From: Chiloscyllium plagiosum
Taxonomy: Eukaryota
Length of the DNA: 64,000 nt
Direction of reading: 5' to 3'
Assembly (NCBI RefSeq): GCF_004010195.1
Contig: NC_057749.1
Span: 8,511,423 to 8,575,422 of the forward strand
Positions within the stretch are counted from its first letter, which is position 1; each line of letters opens with the position of its first letter. The translations under genes and the position numbers were made by a program. Below are positions 23,400 through 35,489 of this stretch, piece after piece. A model generated the notes under the pieces. It worked only from the letters and a program-made list of their open reading frames with translations. It did not search any database and was not told where the DNA came from.

Positions 23400-26320
23400 A
23401 GAAAATGAGCAGTAGTAAGCTGCTTAGCCCTGCAAACCTGCTCTGACATTATGGTCGTGCCAGTCATCCAATTCAATAGTCCATCCCCAAGTTTCCCATA
23501 TACCCCTTGATCTCTTTAGCCTCAAGTGTCTTCCAATACCTTCTTGAAATCGTACAATGTTTTGGCCTTGACTGCTTTGTGGTAGTGAATTCCAGAGGTT
23601 CACCACTCGAGTTCAGAAGCTTCTCATCTCTGTCCTCACTGGTTTACCCTGCATCCTTCGGTTGTGATCCATGATTTTGCACATCCCCAACTATTGGGAA
23701 TATTGATTCTGGATTCAACCCCTTACATCTCATCAAACTTTATAGGTTTCTATGTAATCCCCCCCTCATTCTTTTGAGCTCACAGATGTAATTCTAATCA
23801 ACTCAACCTTTCCTCATCCATCAGTCCCATCATCCCAGGAATCAGTCTGGCAAACTTTTGCTGCAGTCCTTCTACAGCAAGAACATCCTTCCTCGGATAA
23901 AGGAAGTCAAGCAGCACATGGAGGCAAAAATGGCCACTGGAAAGTGATGCTGGAGAGATACAATGAAATGGCTGAGGACCTGAATAATCACAGTGCAATA
24001 TCCCAACGATGCGAAAGTGTAAAGGGGCACAAAGGAGTACAGTGGTCATCACCAAAGAAAAAGTGCTAGAAAAACAGAATGGCCTGAAGGTGGATAAATA
24101 ATCTGGACCAGATGGACTACATCCCACATCTAAGTGAGATAGCTGAAGAGATATTGGAGGCATTAGTGGCAATCTTTCAGGAATCGCTAGAATCACAAGA
24201 GTCTCAAGACTGGAAAATCGCTAAGATGACACCCTTTTAAACAGGGAGTAAGGCGTAAGACAGAAAATTACAGACCGATTATCCCAACCTCTGTCATAAG
24301 ATAGATCCTGGAATCCATTGTGACGGATGCGATTTCTGATTACTTAGAAATAGGGTTAAGTCAGCATGGTTTCATCAAGGGGAGGACATGCATGACGAAT
24401 CTGCTTGAATTCTTTGAGGAAGTAAAGAGCAGGTTAGACCAAGGATAGCCAACGGATGTCATCTACTTGGACATCAAGGAGGCCTTACAGGAGACTACTG
24501 AGTAAGATAAGGGCCCATGGTGTTGGAGGCAAGGTTTTAGCATGGATAGAAGGTTGGCTGTCTGGCAGAAAGCACAGAGTAGGGATAGGAGGGTCCTTCC
24601 CAGAATGGCAGCTGGTGACAAGTGGTGTGCCGCAAGGCTGTGTTAGGACAACTATTCACTTTAAATATTAATAATCTAGATGAAGGCACTGAGGGCATTC
24701 TGACTAATGTTGCCAACGATACAAAGATCCTTAGAGGGACAAGTAGCACTGAGGCAGCAGGGAAGCTGCAGAAGGTTTTAGACAGGTTAGGAGAATTGGC
24801 AAGTAAGTGGCAGATGGAATACAATATGGGAAAGTGTGAGGTCATGCACCATAGTAGGAAAAATAGAGCAATGGACTATTTTCTAAATGGGGAGAAAATT
24901 CTGAAGTGCAGAGACACTTGGGAGTTCCAGTCCAGGATTCTCAAGGTAAACTTGCAGGTTGAGTTAACAGTTAGAACGACAAATGCAATGATGGCTTTAT
25001 CTTGAGAGGGCTTGAATATAAAAGCAAAGATGTAATTCTGAGGCTCTCCAACGCTCTGGTCAGACCACATTTGAAGTATTATGCATAGTTTTGGGCCCCA
25101 TACCTCATGAAGGATGTTCTGGCCTTGGAGTGTGTTCAGAGGAGGTTCACAAGAATGGTCGCAGGAATGAAAAGCTTAACATTGAGGAATGTTTGAGGAC
25201 TCTGAATCTCTATTGACTGGAGTTCAGGAGGACAAGGGGGATCTAATTGAAACATACAGAATACTGAATGGCCTGGACAGTAGATGCTGGTAAGATGTTG
25301 CCACTGCTAGGAGAGAGTAGGACCAAAGGGCACAGCCTTCGAGTAAAGGGAAGACCTTTTAGAATAGAGAGGAGGAGAAACTTCTTCAACCAGAGCATGG
25401 TGAATCTACAGAATTCACTGCCACAGAGGTTGTGGAGGCCAGGTCATTGAGCATATTTAAGACATAGATAGATGGGTTCTTGAGTATCAAGGGGATCAAG
25501 GCTTATGGGGAAAAAGCAGGTGAATGGGGTTGAGAAACCTATAAGCCATGATTGAATGGCGGAGCAGACTCAGATTCATGGAGATATACAGCATGGAAAC
25601 AGACACTTTGGTCCAACTTATCCATACCAACCAGATATCCTAAATTAATGTCGATGGGCTGAATAGCCTAATTTCTGCTCCTATGTCTTATGGTCTTACA
25701 ATGTCACTGTGGTCCTGTACAACTGCAACAAGATATCCCTGCTCCTGCACTCAAATCCGCTTGCTGTGAAGGCCAACATGAGAGTATATTTTGAACAGTT
25801 AGGGTCCGAGCACTGATCCATGTGGTACCCTACTCGTCTCTGCCTGCCATTAAAAACAAACATTTATCTCCATTCTGTTTCCTATTCATCTCAATACATT
25901 TCCCCAATCCCATGCACTTTAACTTTCCACACTAGTCTCTTGTCAGACTTTGCCAAAGGCCTTCTGAAAGTCCGAACAAATCACGTCCAGTGGCTCCCCC
26001 TTCAACTCCTTAAAGAATTCCAACAGATGTGTCAAGTGCGATTTTTCAATTACAAATCCACGTTGACTCTGTACAATCTTGACACTGTTTTCCAAGTTCT
26101 CTACCATCAAATCTATTATAGTGGATTCTAGGATTTTCCTGACTATTGACATCAGGCTGACCGGTCAAAATTCCTAGTTTTCTCTGTACCTCCCTTTTAA
26201 GTACACAGCTTACATTGGTTCATCCTTCAATCTGTAGGAACTGCTCTAGAATTTGGAAGATGAACACCAATGCTTCCACTATTTCTAGAGCCACTTTCTT
26301 CAGTACTACAGACTGTAGAT
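23400..26320. mobile_element. Nested CR1 LINEs: plus-strand copy (about 23920-25700) inside a minus-strand copy (about 23400-23915 and 25700-26320)
   Basis: Plus frames FTLNINNLDEG...ANDTKI, KWQMEYNMGKCEVMH; minus frames SQRGFV.EKS.LT.LLEFF, DFQKAFGKV, GLQQKFARLIPG. Confidence 0.8.
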
Positions 26321-26904
26321 TCAGGTTATAAATTATAATTACTATACAAAACATCAGAAAAGAAAGAAAATCTCTCACTCTCAGCCTTGAGAGAGAAACT
26401 TTAATGCAAAGATATAAAAGGTGTGATGTTACATGCTATTTGACGTTAGGCAATAGTGTTGTGAACTAGGCACCTCATAAGGAAGCCTACATAATGGCTT
26501 AGGGTTCTAACTTTGCTTTATATTGAAGCAAGCAGGTCTTCAACAAACATTCATACAATTTACAGAATGTCTAATTATTTCTCTAGCATGGCTTACGTAT
26601 CAGTTTTTTTTGGAGGGGGGGGGTGTGCTCAGGGAGGAAAGAGGGAAAAGAGAGAGAAGATGATCCATCATAGTTTTATGATGACAGCTGATTTTAAGGA
26701 GCCAAGAGGTGAAAACCTGAGAAATCCTCAAGTGGGAAGAACAGAACAGTCCATCTTGGAGTGGGGTGCACTCAACAGCATATGCATGGTACATGCAAAT
26801 AAATGGGCACTTAGAATAAAAGAGGTCACAGGAATGTAACAACTTGCATTTATATAGCACTTGTGTGTGTTTAGGAATTTGCTAGACAATGTAAATTTGG
26901 TATG

Positions 26905-27255
26905 TTGTGGTAGGGTCATCAGATGATGAATCTTAAGGCCCAAGCTTAAGAAATGGATTCAAATCCTACCACCACAGATGGTGAATTTGAATTCAGATAA
27001 TAAAATCTGGAATTGAAAGCCAGCGTCAGTAAAACTCTGAGCAAATTTTCTAATAGTTCATCTGCTTCACTACATCCTGTAGTGAAGGAACTTTGCAATC
27101 TTCACCAGGTCTGACCTATATTCACCTCCAGACCCACAGCAATGTGACGGATGCTTAACACAGCCCTCTGCAATGGTTTAGTAAGCTACTCAATTCAAAG
27201 ATAATTAGAAATGGGTAAAAAGTGCTGATCTTGCCAACAACACACTCATGCCATA
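26905..27255 (+). mobile_element. Degenerate SacSINE1-like Deu-SINE in COX5A intron 3
   Basis: GGATTCAAATCC B-box; GAAGGAA...CCAGGTCTGACCTATA...CTCCAGACCCACAGCAATGTG Deu core. Confidence 0.65.
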
Positions 27256-27480
27256 AATGGTAAAAACTAGATGTTAATAAATTGTTAATAATACATACCT
27301 GAACCAGAAAAACAATCGCTTCACTTTCAAAATGGCTAACAGTCAGAAAGCTTCAATTCCAGAAGGCAAGCGCATGCCTGCTTTCACCCAGTAATTGAAA
27401 CTGCATCATCTTTTACCTTCAGTCTTCAAGTTTACAAAACAGACAAGAATGTTGGACAAAGGAGTTTCAATTCCACTGAC

Positions 27481-27602
27481 CTTCACTGCTTCTAGGATGC
27501 GGATTGCACTAGCTAGATCATTTAACCTACGGCAGGCTCTCAGAGCAGCATCGAGAATTTTAGGTTCTGGTACAAGATCATATCCAATGAGGGTGTTCAT
27601 TC
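27481..27602 (-). CDS. COX5A: Cytochrome c oxidase subunit 5A, coding exon 3 ([41 protein letters not shown])
   Basis: Hallmark COX5A peptide; AG at 27604-27603 and GTCAGT donor at 27480; 122 nt, phase 1 to 0. Confidence 0.98.
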
Positions 27603-27847
27603 CTGTCAATTGACAGACAGTTATTGGAACAGGCTATACAAAACAGTAGATTTTCAAAGCAATGTCAAACTTCAAGCATAGAATCTGTGCAAATATTTTT
27701 AACCATGAGAAACAGCACAGTAGCAACTAAGGGAAAGGAAACACCATAGTGCAGAAGGCCATTCAGCTCAGAATGAATATCATAATTTCATATCATTCGC
27801 CAACCTTTTCTCCATAACGCTGCACTTATTGCCTTGTTTGAATCTGC

Positions 27848-27940
27848 CGAGAGTGTGGTGCTGGAAAAGCACAGCAGGTCAGGCAGTATCCAAGGAACAG
27901 CAGAATTGATGTTTCGGGCAAAAGCGCTTCATCAGGAAGG
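27848..27940 (-). mobile_element. Short Penelope-derived element (family A), degenerate hammerhead, in COX5A intron 2
   Basis: Minus strand CTGATGA A GCGC TTTT GCCC GAAA CATC. Confidence 0.7.
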
Positions 27941-28044
27941 GGGCTTGATTGAAACTGTCCCCACACCAGTGCATTCCAGATTCTAACTACTCACTAAATT
28001 AAGAAGTTTCTTCTTTTTATTAAATTTACTACTTTTGCACTAGT

Positions 28045-28335
28045 TTAGTGATTAGCACTGCTGCCTCACAGCACCAGAGACCCAGGTTTGATTCTAGCCT
28101 CAGGCAACTGTCTATGTGGAGTCTGCACATTCTCCCCATATCTGTAGGTTCCCTTTGGCTGCTCTAGTTTTCTCTCATACTCCAAAGATGTGCAGACTTG
28201 GGTGGATTTGCTATGGGAAATGCAGGTTGCAGAGATACACGGTCAGGCGAGTGGGTCTGGGTGGATGCTGTTCAGAGAATCAGTATGGACTCAATGGGCT
28301 GAACAGCCGGCTTCCACATCGTAGGGATTCTGTGA
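28045..28335 (+). mobile_element. HE1/V-SINE
   Basis: TAGTGATTAGCACTGCTGCCTCACAGC...GGTTTGATTC...CCAAAGATGTGCAG. Confidence 0.75.
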
Positions 28336-28871
28336 TCACTAAATCTGTGCCTTCCTCATTTTTGTTTACAAGAAACAATTCAAATCTGGTCTTTAACAAT
28401 TAAGTAGTGCTAAAATGACAAGTAACAATTTTTGCCTAATGTTTGCCAAATGGCATATTGGCCCAAACATGGCTGGAAAAATTATAAATGGAGCTTTTTT
28501 TTGAATTTCAAACTTACAAGTTAAGCATTACTACAGTTAGGAAACACAAAGATGTGACAACTCTGCATTGTTAATACTGAACATCAGAAAGACCGTCTCA
28601 ATCACAAACTTGCATAGCAGATGAGCATGGGGATTCAAGACATCTCTCTCACTCTGTTGCACTGTGTGCGCATTAGCCACGTTTGTGTTAAACAACAGCG
28701 TGGTAGGTAAGAGATATGCTGAAAGTTCTGCATACCTCCAATTACTTAGCCATCAGTCTTGCAGAGATAGGAGCTCATTAAAATTTGATAGACCTGACCT
28801 ATGAAATCAAAACATTCTTGCTTTAAGGTTATGAATTTAATTATGCATTCATTGAATGATTTACTTTTTAC

Positions 28872-28988
28872 CTTTTCTGAGTTCCCAGGCATCAATGTCA
28901 GGCTTGTTGAAGTACGTCACCCAACGAGCATCAAACTCCTCATCAGTTTCCTGTTTGCCATGTGAATACCAGCGCAAAGCAATAGCAG
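28872..28988 (-). CDS. COX5A: Cytochrome c oxidase subunit 5A, coding exon 2 ([39 protein letters not shown])
   Basis: Translated by hand (absent from the ORF track); acceptor TCTCTTTGACAG, donor GTAAAA at 28871; 117 nt, phase 1 to 1. Confidence 0.97.
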
Positions 28989-29804
28989 CTGTCAAAGAGA
29001 CACAACATCAGTGCCTTAACAGTTTATATCGGCCCAACTACCTTCCAGCTTTCAAAAAAAAAACCCAATTCTATACAGTTAACAGTTCCTTCCAGTGCTC
29101 CATTTCACGAAGTCTGAAATTTTGAGATTTATATTAAATATTAGTTACAAGCTTTCCAAAACAAACTTTTCAAAATGATCAAGCAATAATATTATGGAGA
29201 TGGAAGGATGCAAATGAATGATTAAAACCCAACCAGTCACCTGAACTATGACAAGGTCAGACAACCCTAGGTTATAATTCAATAGTTTATTTGAAATTCC
29301 CTTTGTGGGCAGTGCTCCAAAAACTTGTGATGTCAAACAAACCTGTTGGGCTATAATCTGGTACCGTCTGACTTCTGACCTTGTCCATTCCAGTCCAACA
29401 CCGGCACCTCCACGTAATAAATTATGACAAAGCATTCCCATAGTAATTTTAACATTTAATTAACCTGTTAAGTGTATCATCGCCTCCTTTCCCACTTTCT
29501 GCCGTAGAAGTACATAACATCAGCTGGTGCTCCGACTCCTCCCCTAACCCAAGTGATGAACTTGATGCACTAGTAAGCATTTCTCTTCTTTTTTTAAGTG
29601 AAGATTTAAAGTTCAAGGTTCAATGGATCAATGCTAATTCAGCACCATGGTGCAGGAGAAACAAACTTTCTAGAAAGCTCAGGAACATCAGCTTTAGAAA
29701 CTGATTCCCAATTCCTGACTCCCCTCTACAACTTCTAACAGTTCGATTTTAAAAAATGAAGGGCAAAACTGTAATATTTTCATATAAAGACAAGGTAAAT
29801 AATG

Positions 29805-30001
29805 ATTTGGAGATGCCAGTGTTGGACTAGGGTGTACAAAGTTAAAAGCCTCAACACCAGGCTATAGTCCAACAGGTTTATTTGGAAGCACTGGCTTTCG
29901 GAGCTCTGCTCCTTCATTAGGTGGTTAAAGGTGCAGCGCTCCGAAAGCTAGTGCTTCCAAATAAATCTGTTGGACTACAACCTGGTGTTGAGAAATTTTT
30001 A
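29805..30001. mobile_element. Fold-back Penelope-derived element (family B) in COX5A intron 1
   Basis: Inverted arms around 29925; 15-bp direct repeat ACAAGGTAAATAATG at 29790-29804 and 30002-30016. Confidence 0.8.
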
Positions 30002-33000
30002 ACAAGGTAAATAATGTAGCCATGTTGGGTCAAATCTCATTCAGGTGGTGATCAGAAGTAGTTCAATCAAAGAATTCAGGACAGTAAAAACAAAATACCA
30101 ATATATGGTTTCACAGTTGGAAACCTTGGCTAACTTATCTAATTCTGTTTTCACTTGAAAAGTAACTTGACTGCCAGAACACGCCCCACAAAAAAATGCA
30201 CTGAAAGTCCACACTACAGACCCCCAGGCACTGCTTTGCACGTACCATGGCTACAAACCTCCGTTTTCTGCACTCTCCCATCTACACAGAACCAGTGACC
30301 CCACCTGGGGTCCAATCCCAACTTTGGAAATCCATGACCTACAGTAAATGTTGAAGTGCATTTAAGTGTTACCTCTGCATGACTTGGCATCCAGATCATA
30401 ACATTAGTAAGAGCAGAATATGAAGAAACAAACTGCATATTCACAGTACCTTAAACCTCACATAGTCTGTCACAGGAATATGATACAAAATTTGACACCC
30501 AATCACAAATATTTGAACAGTGCTAACAGGTTGGTTTTACGGAAACTCATTGGAGGACAAAAGGGCCACTGTTAAACTGATTAAACTAGAATGTGCAAGT
30601 ACTCAGGATTAGATGGAGATCTCTCTCTGGAGGGCCACTAAACTGGAAGAAACCATGGACACTTATAAACATTTTAGAATGTATATTAAAGGCATGGAAT
30701 TAGACAACCTTGATAGGGAAGGTTAGAGGGTTGGCAACTCAGCTGAAGGACAAATAAGATGCTAAGGGTCACACAAGATACTGGGAGGATTCAATTTTAC
30801 ATTAAATGGAAGGGGGAAAAAAAATCAAAGTGCACTAATATTTGCCAGCCATCAGATGGTATTATTTATAAGGACATGAATCTCTCTCCTAACAGTCAAA
30901 CAAGTACAAAATTAACGAGGGCTCTTGTGGCACAGTGTTAGCACTCCTACCTTTGGACCAGGAACCTTGGGTTCAAGTCCCACTTGCTCCAAAGGTATGT
31001 TGTAGCATCCCTGAACAGGTCGACTCAAATTTTCACAGACAGATACAGGGAAGGAATAGAGGGATACAGACCATGTGCAGCCAGAATGGATAAGATTAGA
31101 ATGACATCAGGGTCAGTGCTGACATGATGGATTGAAGGGCATTTTTGTGCTGCACTATTGTCTGTTCTAATAGTATTCCACTATAAACGTGTACTAGACA
31201 CAAGAAATTGTGAAACACCGACAAGCAACAGTAAGCCAAGAACAATTCTCATTTGAATGGAAAAAACAATGTGGTCAGAAATAAATGTGGCGGGGGAGAC
31301 AGGGTGAGAGAGAAGGGAGATTGCTGCTCAATCCGGAGACAGCTAAACCGAAAACAGGAAGCTACTTCTGTAGTTAATTCGCTGTACCCTAAACGCTACT
31401 ACTACAACAATGCTGTGCAAAGGAACAAAGCAACCTTCACCTGATTAAAAAACCAGTAATGTTAAGCAGGACTGAAAGCAAAACAAACTGACAAATGTAC
31501 ATTTTGAAAACAACAGGAACTGAAGAGTTGTCAAGAACCATGTGGACACGTGAAACAAAGGACTTTCCAAACACTGCCTTCACATTCAATAATGAACACT
31601 GTTTGGCAATGTACCTATTGGACTCATTTTATTGTGAACAGCATGGATTTAGTTTCATCTTGACTGCTACGTTGCAGGAAACGGAGTGGCACTAAACTTA
31701 GTGTTGGTTTACTTTCACCACAGGCTGTCCATTTGGTGATTAATCATTGACAGAGCCAAGCCTACAAGCAGTTTCCCAGAACTCAACAGCAACACAGTTC
31801 CAATAAAACGCAACTGGTCACAAAAGTATGAAAAGATTTTACCCATTCACATCCAGTTGCTTCAAAACTTGAATGCTCTCTGGCCAATTCAAAAACACCA
31901 TGCAAGAATGCTCTTCAAATAATTTTGTAGCAAGTTGAGATACCGATGGATCATCATACGCAGGAAACTAAAATTGCAAAATGTTGCCCAACCTGTATAC
32001 ATTATCCATTTTTCTTTGGTCACCAGGAACAGACAAATGGAACATTTTCCTTTCCAGTTCCAATCTCTGCGCATCACTTCAACCTTTTAACAATGCATTT
32101 AATAAGCAACCTTTGACAGGTTCCAGGGTTCCCAGGTTAGAATCTGAGTGTTACAGGCCTAGAAATAGCTACCAACATTTATTTGAACTAAATCGAATGC
32201 CAGACACAGACAGCACTTTGTTAACTTTCAATTCATGGAGCCGCAATTCTATTTGCATGCAGTATTACAATTTGACAACAGACTCAACAACTGCAGCTCT
32301 ACAATTAACTTCTCACACTTATGGGCTCTTAGTGACAGCAAGTCAGCTGCAGCTGGCACGTTGATCAATATGTCTAAACCATCTTAAAGCACCATACATT
32401 TCTGAGAACTTTAGATCTAATGACAGGCTTTTAAGCAACTGGTGTACTTCAAGCTTAGGCCATCAGGAACTGGATTAACTTTTCAAAATAATCTCAATGT
32501 TTACAACCTCAAATTTTACAGCCATTAATTCGAGTAAATTCAAATCCATACCCTAAAGATGAAAGCAGACAGATCAACACACATTCAAAAAACATTTACA
32601 TACATACAAAATGCGATAACTCAATGCTCCACATACATGGCACTCAAACAGCCTGAGACAATTAGCCATAGTTGATTCAACCATTTTCTTCAGGAAAATA
32701 CATATGATTCAGCCATTCAGCTCTACCTCCACGCCCATCCTTTGACTGAACCATGATTGTGAAATCAACTCTACTTTCCTGTCTATAACCTTCATCCAAT
32801 ACAGCCAGAGAAATATTCAACATTACAGCCTCCATTGCTCTCAGAGTAAAGAATTCCACAGATAAAAGACTCTCAGAAGAAATTACTCAACTGTCCTAAA
32901 TGGAAGAATTATTTTTAAACTGTGACCCCTCTTTCTAGCTTCTGCCATAAGAGGAAGAATCCTCTCAGATTTACCTTATCAAGTCACCTTGGGATTAACT

Positions 33001-33404
33001 GCATCTGAACAACTTTTGTAGCTTCCTCCCATTCCAAAAGGGTCAAGGAAATAGGCAATTGGTAATCAAAAGCACAGTGAAGTGGGTAAGGGTGAACATG
33101 CCCCTCAAATCTAACTGAAGCCTTCACTCACTGCTGGATGGGGATGGAGGGATAAATTAGGGCCAACAGGGAGGAGAGAGGCAAGAAATGGGGTGTGGGC
33201 AGGAGGAAATGGATCTGGGAAGAGTGAATGGGGGAGACATAGTAAAGAGTGAGAGAGGTAGTGAGAGAAGTGGGCAGGGGGATGGAGGAACATCCCTCAA
33301 TTCTCAAATCAAGATTGGACTGACCATTTTCACCTAACACTTCTAAACTTTGCAGTGGCAGCTATCCTTTTCAAGTACAGTGAAGCCGACTGAACATTAG
33401 CAAA

Positions 33405-34157
33405 TTTTGAGAAGATTTGTAGCTCAGGTTGAGGTTCTGGATGTAACTTGGCTCACTGAGCTGGAAGGTTTGTTTTCAGACTGCGCAGGACATTGGTTAG
33501 GCCACTGTTGGAATATTGTGTGCAATTTTGGTTGTCTTCCTATCGAAAATATGGTGTGAAACTTGAAAGGGTTCAGAAAAGATTTACATGAATGTTGTCA
33601 GGGTTGGAGGATTTGAGCTATAGGGAGTGGCTGAGGGCTGTTTTCCCTGGAGAGTCAGAGGCTGAGAGGTGACCTTATAGAGGTTTACAAAACTATGAGG
33701 GGCATGGATAGGGTAAATAGACAAAGTCTTTTCCCTGGGGTCAGGGAGTCCAGAACTAGAGGGCATAGGTTTAGGGTGAGAGGGGAAAGATATAAAAGAG
33801 ACCTAAGGGTCTCTTTTTCATGCAGAGGGTGGTATGTGTATGGGATGAGCTGCCAGAGGAAGTGGAGGAGGCTGGTACAATTGCAACATTTAAGAGGCCT
33901 TTGGATGAGTATATGAATAGGAAGGGTTTGGAGGGATATGGGCCAGGTGCTGGCAGGTGAGACTAGATTGGGTTGGGATATCTGGTCTGTTTCCATGCTG
34001 TACATCTTTATGACTATGATATTTCGTCATCATACTAGGTAACATCAGTGAGTCTCCAGTGAAGCTTCACTAGAGGCTCACTGATGACATTACCTAGTAT
34101 GGTGACGAAACGTCCGAAACAAACCTTCCAGTTCAGCGAGTCCACTTACATCCAGAC
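33405..34157. mobile_element. Fold-back Penelope terminal repeat (family C) interrupted by a CR1 fragment
   Basis: Left arm 33405-33481 plus 34021-34058, centre GTGAAGCTTCAC, right arm to about 34157; matches the 3' end of the Penelope at 48826-49380. Confidence 0.8.
33482..34020 (+). mobile_element. CR1 3' fragment
   Basis: MRGMDRVNRQSLFPG..ESRTRGHRFRVRGERYKRDLR; (ATGACT)-type tail. Confidence 0.85.
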
Positions 34158-34748
34158 CGAATGTTGTTTTAAATCCCCAACTACAATGTCTGCAAACAGA
34201 CATCCCCAAGTTACCTTGAGCTACCCTTTCCTACATACCTAATAATTTAAGTACTTTAAATGTGCACCAAATACCCATTCCTGAAGTGGATACTGAACAT
34301 TGCAAGAACTTGTGTTTGTTGCACATAGTAATTAAGAGAGTGCTGCTAAATCTAAAATAATGAAATATAAGTAACATTACATGAAGGCATTGCAATACTT
34401 CAGTGAAGAGTCTGAAAACCCCAAGCAGTTTTGAATCCTACCTTCTTTCTTAATGCAATATAATTAACATTAACGAAATGGAATTTGCTTTAAATTCAGC
34501 ATAAATGTTGCAACCTTTGAACAGTTCAACCACAGACACAGATAAAATCTATCTTTAAAACTACTGAGACTAAAGGAGGAAGTGAATGCAATGAGCTCAG
34601 AAGGGAGAGTACACAAGGTTCTGTGTAGGTTCCCATCACCTCCCAGTCTACTCCAATTACTCCACCCCTTTTATGTACCACTCCTGACCTACCCCTTGCC
34701 CTTCCACACATACAATCCTAATCTCTATCTCCCCTCTATTAACACTAA

Positions 34749-35070
34749 GGGTGGCATTGTGACTCAGTTGTTAGCATGGCTGCCTTACAGAGCAAAGGGT
34801 CAGAATCGATTCCACCGTGTGGAGTTTGCACATTCTCTCCATGTCTGCATGGGTTTCCTCCAGGTGCTCCAGTTTCCTCCGCAGTCCAAAGTTGTGTAGG
34901 TTAGGTGGTTTGTCAACAGTGTGCAGGAATGTGCAGGTCATGTGGATTAACCTTAGGAAATGCAGGATTACAGGATTTGGGGATGGGCAGGGATTTTCTG
35001 GGTAGAATATTCTTCATAGGTTCGGTGTGGACTTGATGGGCTAAATTGCCTGCTTCCATACTATGGGGGA
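34749..35070 (+). mobile_element. HE1/V-SINE
   Basis: GTGGAGTTTGCACATTCTCTCCATGTCTGCATGGGTTTCCTCC V-domain core. Confidence 0.75.
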
Positions 35071-35259
35071 GTCAACAGTTTGCTTTGTCTCTCCACACAC
35101 ACCCTCATTTCTTATCCTCCCCCAAGATAATCTCTCATCCCTCCTCCCCACAGGCACATTCCAAACTGAATCTCTATTCCCCCTCCCTTGACCAGCATTA
35201 ATTTACTCCATCTCCACACACCATCACTTGCCCCCCCCCCAACACACACACCCAAATCC

Positions 35260-35399
35260 NNNNNNNNNNNNNNNNNNNNNNNNNNNNNNNNNNNNNNNNN
35301 NNNNNNNNNNNNNNNNNNNNNNNNNNNNNNNNNNNNNNNNNNNNNNNNNNNNNNNNNNNNNNNNNNNNNNNNNNNNNNNNNNNNNNNNNNNNNNNNNNN
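35260..35399. other. Assembly gap (140 N) in COX5A intron 1
   Basis: Run of N flanked by C-rich low-complexity sequence. Confidence 1.
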
Positions 35400-35489
35400 C
35401 CCCCCCCGTACCCTGTCATCCCAGTCTGCCTTCCCTCCCCTACCCCCACAAACACATGAGAACCCCCACTCTCTCCCCCTCCCCTCCCC

